From Leptogorgia sarmentosa (lineage: Eukaryota): a stretch of DNA of 64,000 bases. A program made the position numbers and the translations under genes. Positions 39,050 to 51,474 of the stretch are shown one piece after another. The notes under the pieces are model-generated. The model did no database searches. It saw nothing but the letters and a program-made list of their open reading frames with translations, and had not been told where the DNA came from. The DNA lies in assembly GCA_964658305.1 (NCBI GenBank), contig OZ210884.1, positions 5,766,001-5,830,000 on the forward strand, written 5' to 3'. The first letter of the stretch is position 1, and each line of letters starts with the position of its first letter.

Positions 39050-39567
39050 ATTGATAACTAGGTTTAAGATAGCAAATGGATTCGTAGATGTGCACAATTG
39101 TAGGGTCACCAGAATTCGATTTAGGAAAGTCCTTGAAACCTGAAATACTTGTCAAGACCGCACCTTGTACATGCAGGATTCAATTATGTAGAAATTAGCT
39201 AATACCTAAAAGTAATGTAATAATTTTGTAATATTGGGCAGTTAGTAATTGCATATTGTATGGGAATGATCCTTTTTCAGCTGAGAATTATAAACGTTTT
39301 CTCTTCAATAATGTGGACAGACCTCGACAAGCAATTTCAACAGATTGCTGTATAGAATTGTCTTGAAAGTTTCGAAGCCAGGAAAGAGTAGGAATAAAAT
39401 CTCTTAATAATTCTTAATAATTTACACTTCTGTTTTCTATTTCGTCTTTACGATCCCTCAACGTACTTATATTTATCACTGGCACTTAAGAACGATATAA
39501 ATATATGTATTTACGTTAAAGGAGTGAAGAAATGTCAATGTTAAGAGCTTTTTACAATAATTAATAG

Positions 39568-39725
39568 CAGGGGCCGCGGAAGCACCTCAAAAGTGGGGGG
39601 CACAATCCAAAAAGGGCACGGATGAAAAAGGGCACTTTACTTTCAAAAACAGGGCACATTCACCCTTTGTACAAAAAGTGGGTGGGGCACCGTGCCCCAG
39701 TGCCCCCCCTGTTCCGCGGCCCTTG
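39568..39725. mobile_element. hAT-type MITE with perfect 8-bp TSD
   Basis: attaatag|caggggccgcggaa ... ttccgcggcccttg|attaatag. Confidence 0.9.
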
Positions 39726-42376
39726 ATTAATAGTAATTGAGACTAGGTCGTCTGGCTATAGGAAGATCACAGGTCATACGACAGGTGGAATGGAATAGCA
39801 TTCCCCAACAAATAAAAAACATTGAATCTTGATATTTTCGATAGAAATATTTTCTCGGTTAATCTGACCAATTAACTATTTGACTACTCTATACCATGCA
39901 TTTGTAAAGGCGTACAAGGCGGAGGGGGGCAAGGGGGGGGGGAGGTGGGGGAGGGGGGCAACAGCCTAATTCAAACCCAAAATTCGGGTACTGATTTTGA
40001 GCATAATTCGGGCAAAAATCTGAGGAATAACGTAATGTCAACAATCCTCCAGTCGTTCACCTGAACAAGCGTACCAAGAAAGTGAAGCAATCCAGAGGTT
40101 GTAAAAGTTCAAAAATTTCTCACTTGGCGCCAACCATGGTGGCGGATCTTTCTGCCCCCCTGAAAAAATGTAGCCCATACGCTTATGTCTGTAATATGTA
40201 CTTTGTATTCGTGTGTTGGGAGTTTGCATCTCCATATATTTCTCAGTCGTAGCATTGTTTGTCTGTACGCTCCACTTGGAAACGAGCTTCAGTTCAACAG
40301 GCAAAATGATCAAATGAAGTTTTAGCCTATCCTATATTTACTTGTATGATCTGTTGCTATGTTCTGTGGGCTAGATCATTTTTATAATAGTCTTTATCAT
40401 AAACGTTCTTTCTCACAAATTAAAATTCTATACGCGCTGAAACAGCTCAATCATGTCTTACTCAACGTAAGTATAGGCTTATAGTTTGTCCTTATTTAGA
40501 GCGTCACCTAAATGAATCTCGTGACTTGTGCCAATAATATGCAAAGAATGTTTTGTATATAGAAATATAACGCATCCGTAAACGTAAATGTTGTGGTTAT
40601 AAGTTCTTTGAGGTTCTAGATTGTACCACTTAAGGGTTATCCGTGCGTCAATACATATAATAAAAAATAATTAAATATAATTATCTTCAGAACTTTGTTC
40701 TAAAAAAATTATCTCACTGCAATTCAGGCTACTTATTTTCTTCAATGAAATATCCTTAGTAAATTTCCAACCCAAAATTTAAGATTATTGAAATATTTAT
40801 AATTATATTGTAACTTTCCTTTTAAACTTGGTACTTAATTATTAAAGGCTATCTTAATTAACAATTCATATTTGTTAACACCCTTAAGGATAGTAACTAT
40901 AGGCGACATACAAATGAGTTTATAAAAACTCTTCTGTAAAATTTCAGTTATGCTTATTTTCGAGATGGTATTAGTCTTTTGTGAAATAATAAGAACTTGC
41001 ATGATGTAGTGTGTGGAACTGTCTAAAGTATAATTGCATCGCAACAGAAAATAATTATCGTGTGAATTTTTCCAAGCGATTTTTCCCGTAAGATTAAAAA
41101 ACTAGGCGTTTCTTTGAAATTGTTTAGCTTTTATCCTGCGGTTTCTTATGGGAAATGCATGGTTGGCCAGGTAAAGAACAAAAAACAGAATACAAGAGCT
41201 TTGTCCATTCAGTACACGTTTGTAAGTTGAGGTGATTGTTATACCATTTTCTCATTGACTTTGTATACTTGTTGGAAAAATATCATCACAATTGATTCTG
41301 AAACAGGTACGTAGAGTTGTTCTATTTATGAAACTATGCAACTTAAGAAAGATGGATAAAAAGTGAAAGGTTGAATCACAACACGTCTCATCATGAATTT
41401 GATTAGCTCAATATGGATCTATCAATAATCACAAGTGTAGTATTTTACAGGTTGTACGGTCTTGTGGTCTCTATAGGCAGATCTTACTCAATAGTAATTC
41501 AGTTTTTTTAAGACTGTAAATATTGATTTTAATAAACGATCTATCTATCTATCTACCGCTTGAATACAACAACATCAAGCAGCAAAAGTTCTACTATATG
41601 CAATAAGATTTCACGTTCCTATGTAGCTACAGTAAATTATTTTAGAAGTTTTAAATATATTGCTACCACTTTTGTCTCCACGGATTGTTTAAATTATAGT
41701 CCATTTCTGGCTATATTGATTTGTATAGGTCAGGGATTATTATGCACAATATTTACATAAAGTACTCTTCCTTTGCGAGAATTTTACGGCATTAAGCCAT
41801 TAATATACTCCATGTATAGACACGTTTAAAAATATGGACTGAGGTTGAAACACCATTTTCCAAAAGTGAGAGAAATAGAGAGTAGCAAACCGTTTCAACT
41901 ATTCGAAGAATGTAGTTGGCAAAGCGGAAATAGAAAACTTGTAATATATTGGATCGTAATTATTAACCTGGACCAAGGAAGGCTGAGAACATACAAAAAG
42001 CAATATACGCAGGCTGTCTGCATGTCTGATGTGTATAAATGTCATAATTTGTAAATTTGTTATAATTACCCACTTTTTAAGGGAGGAATTGATGCTTTTT
42101 ACGGTTTGTAAATGCGGGAAAAAATGAGACTCAAGATTTATAAGATAATTTAAGATTTTGAATCACTATATAACTATTTGATTGAGTTGAGAAGGTCTGA
42201 AGGACAGACATGCAGTCTCAGACTGGTCTCAGTTGAGAATTGATTTCAAGCTTCGCGTTCAAACGCGGTCAAACGAAAACGCCAGGCGCGTCATCATCTA
42301 CTCTCATCATCATCTCATATTAGTTTGGTCCGGTTGAAAGTCGATCGATGAGAGTGTTTCTCTGAGTGTTTGAGAC

Positions 42377-42623
42377 TGTTTCTAGTGCAAGCCAATGCTT
42401 CTCTGACATACAGTGTGCGGTATGATATCTATACAGTGTTTCTAGTACAAACCAATGTTTCTCTGAAATACAGTGTGCGTTATGATATCTATATACAGCG
42501 TTTCTAGTGCAAACCAATGTTTCTCTCACATACAGTGTGCAGTATGATATCTATACAGTGTTTCTAGTGCAAACCAATGTTTCTCACGCATACAGAGTGC
42601 ATGCAGTATGATAACTATACAGT
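42377..42623. repeat. Minisatellite, ~4 x 57-59 bp
   Basis: Unit gtttctagtgcaaaccaatgtttctct.acatacagtgtgc.gtatgatatctatacagt, ending ~120 bp upstream of the gene C ATG. Confidence 0.9.
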
Positions 42624-42740
42624 CTAGATTAAACAAGAGTGAGAGTTGTCATTAAGGTCAACGGTCACCTCTCATTCTAGTTTGAACAAGCCTCAAGTGT
42701 GAAACTTCTATCAAAATTATTTAGGAACAGTGTCATCACA

Positions 42741-45700
42741 ATGATGGAAACTACTATCCTTGGAGCGATCCTGTTCAGTACTCGTTTTCTCACAATCTTG
42801 ACCGCCCCTGTACCTTCCGGATGTACAGAATCACCAAGTATGTTTACATGTCAAAAAAGAAGATTAAAACTGAAAAACGAAAAACAAATCACATTCGCAT
42901 AATGAAGCAATTTAACCTAATTCAATGACTTCATGATGTACCAAATCATATTCTTCTCCACTCGATAAAACTATAAATAAAACTGGAAGCTAATAACTTT
43001 TACGTTGATTAAAAATGTTTCAAATATGAAAAGTTGTGAAGATGCAGCTCGTGTCCTACGAACACAATACCACCAGGTGATCGCAATACACAAAAGAAAT
43101 CCATCGTATTCATAGCTGTCAGATAGAAATCCATATTCCATATTTTTGTCAGAGCTGTAGCTCTCATAACCAAACACAATTGGAAAATTTCAACTAGTTT
43201 CATACAAAATAAGGAAATATATATAAAGATCCACATGTCAATGGACTGTAATAGGTTTCACTTGATTGTCCGGACTTTGAAAGTTCTGCATGAGCGCCCC
43301 CTCCCCTCCCCCCTCCCCCGATGATTTGGTATAGCCCGACAGGATAGGACTTTTGACTTTGGGTCATTAATTGTTAGAATAAGTTCGTTAAAAACATGTT
43401 TTCTTTTTCAGATATAAATGTAACAGTACTGCCAACTCCAGATTTGATTCCCCTGCGTCCCCTCACCGCCATCTGCGATGCTAGCAACCTGCAGGAACCT
43501 GTTAGCATCACCATCTATTTGGGTGATTTCCCAGTGAAGCAGTGCAGCCTCAGTGATTCGGAATGTGTTTATATTCTGGAGACCTTTTTCCCTTTTCTGG
43601 CTTCGACAGTTACCTGTACTGCTACTAACAGTGAAGGGGTTTGTCGATTTAATGTTGCAAATAATGCAGTTCTGGAACTGATAGGTTAGTTAAAAGTCTA
43701 AATAAAATAAAATAAAATAAGAGAATAAGAATAAGAATACAAAGCCTCAGAATAAGAGATAAAACGAAACAAGAAAATTTTCCAAATCGAAACTATGTAT
43801 ACGCTGATATTGGCATTTGCCCCTATACGCATCAATTAAACTTATTTCATTTTATTGTTTTGAATTCTGACAGTTGAATAAACATTTTTATCTTCAAATT
43901 TGTAGATGAATGTGCCAATAACACTAAGAATAATTGTAATGAAAATGCCACTTGCACAGACACCGATAGATCATTCACATGTGCCTGTAATGAAGGCTGG
44001 ACAGGCGATGGAGTGAATTGCACTGGTATACACACTTAAATCTTATCAATGCATGTAATAATGTAGAATGAGGTCGTTTTCTCCTTTCATTTCTTGCTCT
44101 ACAAGCTAGAAAACGTGTACATTAAACCTTTTTTTAACGCCGTATTGCTGTTGAGCTTAAAAACGCCTCAGTGACCCACAAGGATTTTGAAAAAAGGAGA
44201 TAAGTTAAACACATTTTTTCGATGATCATGCTATTCATGCAAGTTATACATATCGGACGAAATACCATAATCAACGCAACAAGCGTTCTATTATTGATAA
44301 TACACTGATTAGTTGTGCCAGTACAGAGTGTGCATTATAAACTGAAGCAGCAGTTAAACGCCGAGCACTCTTATTTTCAGATATCGACGAATGTACCGAG
44401 CAGAATGATATTTGTCACACAGAAGCCAACTGTACAAACAATCTTGGATCATACATGTGCGTCTGCAACCTTGGTTGGACTGGCAATGGGGAAAGTTGCA
44501 CCGGTATGTGAAATAGGCAGTTTTTCTCTAAGAAGAACTTTTTCTTCTCGCGTTTCGATGCATGAATAATTGTCGATGGCTAAAACGGCGAGTCATTCCT
44601 TCTGAAGAATAACTTACAATTATCAATACTTTGAATATTATTGGCACTATTGAATTATTATTGAATTATTAGATATTATTGCCCGGCACTGATGAAGATC
44701 CGGGCTTACGGATCGAAAGCTTTGCGATACTAAAATTACGTGGTGTAAACTACAAGCTTTATAACTAATAAGGTCTGTGGCAGTTATAGACGCAAATTGC
44801 GTATCACAAACATGAATAATTAATAATGCTTGGCAATTGGCATCCAGTGATCTTAAACGCATGCACCATAAAGAATTTATAATGATCGAATATGGTTATA
44901 TTCCAATCATAAACTGAATACCTGTTCTCCGATGCGCAGAATGTTCAAGTTATAGCTTAATTCACAGGAAATAATCCGACACTGAGCATTACCGTTTTTT
45001 TCTTCCTGAGTAATTCCTTTGATATATAGCTACAGATACTAATTATTTTTGCAGATATTGATGAATGTACTGATGGAAGTAATGATTGCGACCAAAACCG
45101 CTCTACTTGCAACAACACTATTGGATCTTTTACTTGTTCTTGTAACTCTGGCTTCTCGGGAAGTGGAACTTTTTGTGAAGGTCCGTTGAATATTTATATA
45201 CCGGTAACATCTAAATATAAATTATCAAGTTACTGCCATCATTATTCTCTTCTGTCTCACCTTGGGTAATTCCTTGGACGTTTTTGACGTTTCTTGGAAC
45301 ATCAGTGTGTATTTTGGACAAAATACTGTAATGGATATCACAACTGTTTTCATTATTGATAATAACTGATTAGTCTGTTAAACCAGTAAAGAGTGTACAA
45401 TATAAAAAACAATATTTGAAAGGCACTTTCTATTAGCCGAACCTATTTCACAGAGTAATTCAAAAAAAAGCTAACCTTTAAAATTGAAGTGGGGCTTGTT
45501 CGAACCTGATATTCCAATATGAGGCTTACGAATGCGTAGAATATTACAGAGGAAATATTTTTTTCATGTAATGCAAACTAATTCAGATTTGTTCCACTAA
45601 AATGACACTGAGTTGAAAGAGTAGCTAAATGGATATATAGCGTAACGCCAGAAAAACCCTATATCAAGTCATGAGCTGGTTTCAATTGTGCTATATCCAA

Positions 45701-48700
45701 TGTTTCATCTCAATAAATCATCCTTAAACTTTTTTAGATCAGTGCTTTGTTTACTAGTATATTGATTTATGTTACTGCTAAGTTGCATGTACACCCAGTC
45801 TTGTGAATTCTGACAGTTAACGACCATTTTTTTTCTTCAGACATCAACGAATGTGTCCAGCAGACTGACAATTGTGATGAACATGCCAATTGCACAAACA
45901 CCATGGGATCATTCACATGTGCCTGCAACACTGGTTTGACTGGAAACGGTGAAAATTGCATTGGTATGTGAATTAAGCTACGTCTTGATTGATTAATAAT
46001 AATACACTAGGAGGCTCAGCTGGCAGCAAATTTAAAGTTGAATCATGATGGAAGCTGTTATCATCCGTGTAGCTGCATGGTTTATCTCGACACGATGCCT
46101 CATTTTTCAATTCTAGATATTGATGAATGTGCTCCGCAAGGAAGCAACGACTGTCACTCAAACTCTTCCTGTAACAATACTGACGGATCATTTACTTGTT
46201 CGTGTAATTCTGGCTTTTCTGGAAACGGAACTTTTTGTGAAGGTTCGTTGAATTTGTTTGGGTGCATAAAAGTATATTATCAAATTGTGATCATGATCAT
46301 TATTCTGTTCTTTCTTACTCAGTAATTCCCCTGATATCAATTAACTAGAATTTTGACTTGGATATGGTTACGGTATATTACCATTATGAGATAAATAAGA
46401 TATAATGCCGCCTTGTCCAATTCGTTTTTAAACCGTGAATAACTGCTTTGATGTCAATTAACATTCCAGATATTGATGAATGTGCTCTGCAAGGAACTAA
46501 CAACTGCCACTCAAACTCTTCCTGTAATAATAATGACGGATCATTTACTTGTTCATGCAATTCTGGCTTTACTGGAAATGGGACTTTTTGTGAAGGTTTG
46601 TTGAATTTATATATAGGTATATAAAAGTACATTATCAAATTGTCATCATGATCATTATTCCGAGTAATTCCCCTGTTGTCAATTAACTAGAATTTTGACT
46701 TGCATATGCGTATAATTATTATACCATTAGGAGATAAATAAGATATAATGCCGCCTGTGCAATTCGGTTTTTAACAGTGAATAACTTCTTCATCTCAATT
46801 AACATTGCAGATATTGATGAATGTGCTCCGCAAGGAAGCAACAACTGTCACTCAAACTCTTCCTGTAACAATACTATTGGATCATTTATTTGTTCGTGTA
46901 ATTCTGGCTTTTCTGGAAACGGAACTTTTTGTGAAGGTTCGTTGAATTTGTTTGGGTGCATAAAAGTATATTATCAAATTGTGATCATGATCATTATTCT
47001 GTTCTTTCTTACTCAGTAATTCCCCTGATATCAATTAACTAGAATTTTGACTTGGATATGGTTACGGTATATTACCATTATGAGATAAATAAGATATAAT
47101 GCCGCCTTGTCCAATTCGTTTTTAAACCGTGAATAACTACTTTGATGTCAATTAACATTCCAGATATTGATGAATGTGCTCTGCAAGGAACTAACAACTG
47201 CCACTCAAACTCTTCCTGTAATAATAATGACGGATCATTTACTTGTTCATGCAATTCTGGCTTTACTGGAAATGGGACTTTTTGTGAAGGTTTGTTGAAT
47301 TTGTATAGGTATATAAAAGTACATTATCAAATTGTTCATCATGATCATTATTCCGAGTAATTCCCCTGATGTCAATTAACTAGAATTTTGACTTGCATAT
47401 GCGTATAATTATTATACCATTAGGAGATAAATAAGATATAATGCCGCCTGTGCAATTCGGTTTTTAACAGTGAATAACTTCTTCATCTCAATTAACATTC
47501 CAGATATTGATGAATGTGCTCCGCAAGCAAGCAACGACTGTCACTCAAACTCTACCTGCAACAATACTATTGGATCATTTATTTGTTCGTGTAATTCTGG
47601 CTACACTGGAAATGGAAGACTTTGTCAAGGTTTGTTGAATTAATGAATTTGTATTAAGCAACGACATGCAGTGTCACTGAAATTCCTGGGGCGGATTGAC
47701 ATCAGTATAATCTGTTCTATAAAAGCCAATCTACACCACACAATTACCATAAACAATTTATAATTATCGAATATGGTTATATTCCAATCATAAACTGAAT
47801 ACCTGCTCTCCAATGCATGCAGAATGTTCAAGTTATAGCCTCACAGGAAATAATCCGACACTGAGCATTACCGTTTTTTTCTTCCTGAGTAATTCCTTTG
47901 ATAATATATAGCTACAGATACTAATTATTTTTCCAGATATTGATGAATGTACTGATGGAAGTAATGATTGCGACCAAAACCGCTCTACTTGCAACAACAC
48001 TATTGGATCTTTTACTTGTTCTTGTAACTCTGGCTTCTCGGGAAGTGGAACTTTTTGTGAAGGTCCGTTGAATATTTATATACCGGTAACATCTAAATAT
48101 AAATTATCAAGTTACTGCCATCATTATTCTCTTCTGTCTCACCTTGGGTAATTCCTTGGACGTTTTCGACGTTTCTTGGAATATCAGTGTGTATTTTGGA
48201 CAAAATACTGGAATGGATATCACAACTGTTTTAATTATTGATAATAACTGATTAGTCTGTTAAACCAGTAAAGAGTGTACAATATAAAAAACAATATTTG
48301 AAAGGCACTTTCTATTAGCCGAACCTATTTCACAGAGTAATTCAAAAAAAAGCTAACCTTTAAAATTGAAGTGGGGCTTGTTCGAACCTGATGTTCCAAT
48401 ATAAGGCTTACGAATGCGTAGAATATTACAGCGGAAATATTTTTTTCATGTAATGCAAACTAATTCAGATTTGTTCCACTAAAATGACACTGAGTTGAAA
48501 GAGTAGCTAAATGGATATATAGCGTAACGCCAGAAAAACCTTATATCAAGTCATGAGCTGGTTTCAATTGTGCTATATCCAATGTTTCATCTCACTAAAT
48601 CATCCTTAAACTTTTTTAGATCAGTGCTTTGTTTACTAGTATATTGATTTATGTTACTGCTAAGTTGCATGTACACCCAGTCTTGTGAATTCTGACAGTT

Positions 48701-50943
48701 AACGACCATTTTTTTTCTTCAGACATCAACGAATGTGTCCAGCAGACTGACAATTGTGATGAACAAGCCAATTGCACAAACACCAATGGATCATTCACAT
48801 GTGCCTGCAACACTGGTTTGACTGGTAACGGTGAAAATTGCGCTGGTATGCGAATTAAGCTAGTACGTTTTGATTGATTAGAAATAATACACTAGGAGGC
48901 TCAGCTGGCAGCAAATTTAAAGTTGAATCATGATGGAAGCTGTTATCATCCGTGTAGCTGCATGGTTTTCCGTGACACGATTGGCTCAGAAAATTCTTAT
49001 TTTGTTATTAATGCTTTGGATGTCAATCAATCTTCTAGATATTGATGAATGTTTTGTTGGAAGCGCTAACTGTCACCCAAATCTCTCTGATTGCTCCAAC
49101 ACTTTTGGATCATTTCTCTGTTCTTGTAAAAACGGTTTCTCAGGAAATGGAGCTATTTGTGCAGGTTAGTTGAATTTGCATCTATCGTGGTAACATTTTT
49201 TAATATCATCAAAATGCGATCATGATTACTTTGTTCTTCTGATGAAATTCCTCTGATGTCAATTATTATTCCAGATATTAATGAATGTGCTTCGCAAGGA
49301 AGCAACAACTGCCACCCAAACTCTTCCTGCAACAATACTGACGGATCATTTACTTGTTCCTGCAATTCTGGCTTTACTGGAAACGGAACCTTTTGCGAAG
49401 GTTCGTTGAATTTGTGTATTGGAATACAATTTCACATTGTCTTGGTTATATTACCATCATAATATAAACAAGATATAATACCGCCTTGTGCAATTTGGTT
49501 TTTAACACTTAACAGTGAATATAACTGCTTTGATGTAAACTAAAATTCCAGATATTGATGAATGTGCTTCGCAAGGAAGCAACAACTGTCACTCAAATTC
49601 TACCTGCAACAATACTGTTGGATCATTTATTTGTTCGTGTAATTCTGGCTATATTGGAAATGGAAGTTTTTGTCAAGGTTTGTCAAACTATACCATTTAT
49701 GGAGACAACTGTATATCAATGGTTTGGGAAAACGATAATCCAGTCAAACATGCATGCATGCACATTTATTCCAAGGATTATTGATAATCTTTCTGTTATT
49801 CAATTTTTCAAGATGTCCTCAGTGGTTTAGTAATTTTTACTTTATTCTTCCAGAGAGAAATAATTGTACCGTAGGAAACAACAATTGTCACCCGAACTCC
49901 ACATGCACATTTAATGATGGATCAATTAATTGCACTTGTAACCCTGGCTTTTCTGGAAATGGTACCTTTTGTGCAGGTTTGTTCAGTGGAGCTTTTCAAT
50001 AGTTACGTCGCAAACTACATGACATTATAAATGTATATTATCAATATGCAATCATTACTTTATTCTTTTTTACTGAGTAATTCCTTTATGCCAATTTTTT
50101 ATATTCCAGATATTGATGAATGTGCTCCGCAAGGAAGCAACAACTGCCACTCAAACTCTTCCTGTAATAACAATGACGGATCATTTACTTGTTCATGCAA
50201 TTCTGGATTTACTGGAAACGGAACGTTTTGTGAAGGTTCGTGGAATTTGTATGGTCATATATAAAAGTACATTATCACATTGTGATCATGATCATTATTC
50301 TGTTCTTTGTTACTCAGTAATTCCTCTGATGTGAATTAACTAGAATTTTGACATGGAAATGGTTATAGTTACCATTAGGAGATAAATAAGATATAATGCC
50401 GCCTTGTGCAATTCGGTTTTAAACAGTGAATAACTTCTTTGATCTCAATTAACATTCTAGATATTGATGAATGTGCTCTGCAAGGAACTAACAACTGCCA
50501 CTCAAACTCTACCTGCAATAATAATGACGGATCATTTACTTGTTCATGCAATTCTGGCTTTACTGGGAATGGGACTTTTTGTGAAGGTTTGTTGAATTTA
50601 TATATAGGTATATAAATGTACATTATATCAAATTGTCATCATGATCATTATTCCGTTCTTACTTACCGAGTAATTCCCCTGATGTAAATTATCTAGAATT
50701 TTGACTTGGATATGCTTATAATTATTACACCATTAGGAGATAAATAAGATATAATCCCGCCTGTGCAATTCGGTTTTTAACAGTGAATAACTTCTTTCAT
50801 CTCAATTAACATTGCAGATATTGATGAATGTGCTCCGCAAGCAAGCAACGACTGTCACTCAAACTCTACCTGTAACAATACTATTGGATCATTTATTTGT
50901 TCGTGTAATTCTGGCTACACTGGAAATGGAAGACTTTGTCAAG
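42741..50943 (+). CDS. Cluster gene C: signal peptide + Ig-like head + 18 tandem (mostly calcium-binding) EGF exons; no terminal exon of its own found
   Basis: Exons 42741-42837 and 43412-43684, then EGF exons 43906-44025, 44381-44503, 45055-45180, 45841-45963, 46117-46242, 46470-46595, 46811-46936, 47164-47289, 47504-47629, 47937-48062, 48723-48845, 49039-49164, 49275-49400, 49552-49677, 49854-49976, 50110-50235, 50461-50586, 50818-50943. All are phase 1-1 with six Cys; most carry DIDEC...CxNTxGSFxCxC. Confidence 0.88.
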
Positions 50944-51474
50944 GTTTGTTGAATTAATGAATTTGTATTTGCAACGACATGCAGTGTCACTGAAATTCCT
51001 GGGGCGGATTGACATCAGTATAATCTGTTCTATAAAAGCCAATCTACACCACACAATTATGGTGAACAACAAGAAAAGGTATTGGTTAATGTTTCGTTTC
51101 AAACCAATAGAAAAGAGTTTTTGCCAAAAACGCATGAAATGATAATTTGTGAGATTTTAAATTTGAATTTTTTGGGGGAACATCCACGAAACTCTATACG
51201 AGGTTTCTACTCCAACACTCATTAAGTGCTCTTTTCACGATCATGCCCACCCCGCTTTTCAGTGCTTCCGGTGCCCTTGTCTTGATCAGTGTTCGCTTTT
51301 CATGATAGTCGGCCATATCTCCGAAATCCGTGTTGACTTGCGCATGCGTATACCCTGACATAGTGGGGATAGCTTTGCACTTCGCTATGCCTGTGAGAAT
51401 AGCCAAGCGGAAGTAGTGACCCTCGCCCCAGGTTAGCGCCTGTTTTCTCAACACAGTTTTTCTTATAATTTTAG

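Noticed and set aside
45055..50943. Regularly spaced repeats as a CRISPR-like array
   Set aside because: The repeats are spliceable EGF exons and the spacers are duplicated introns; eukaryotic context with no cas genes.
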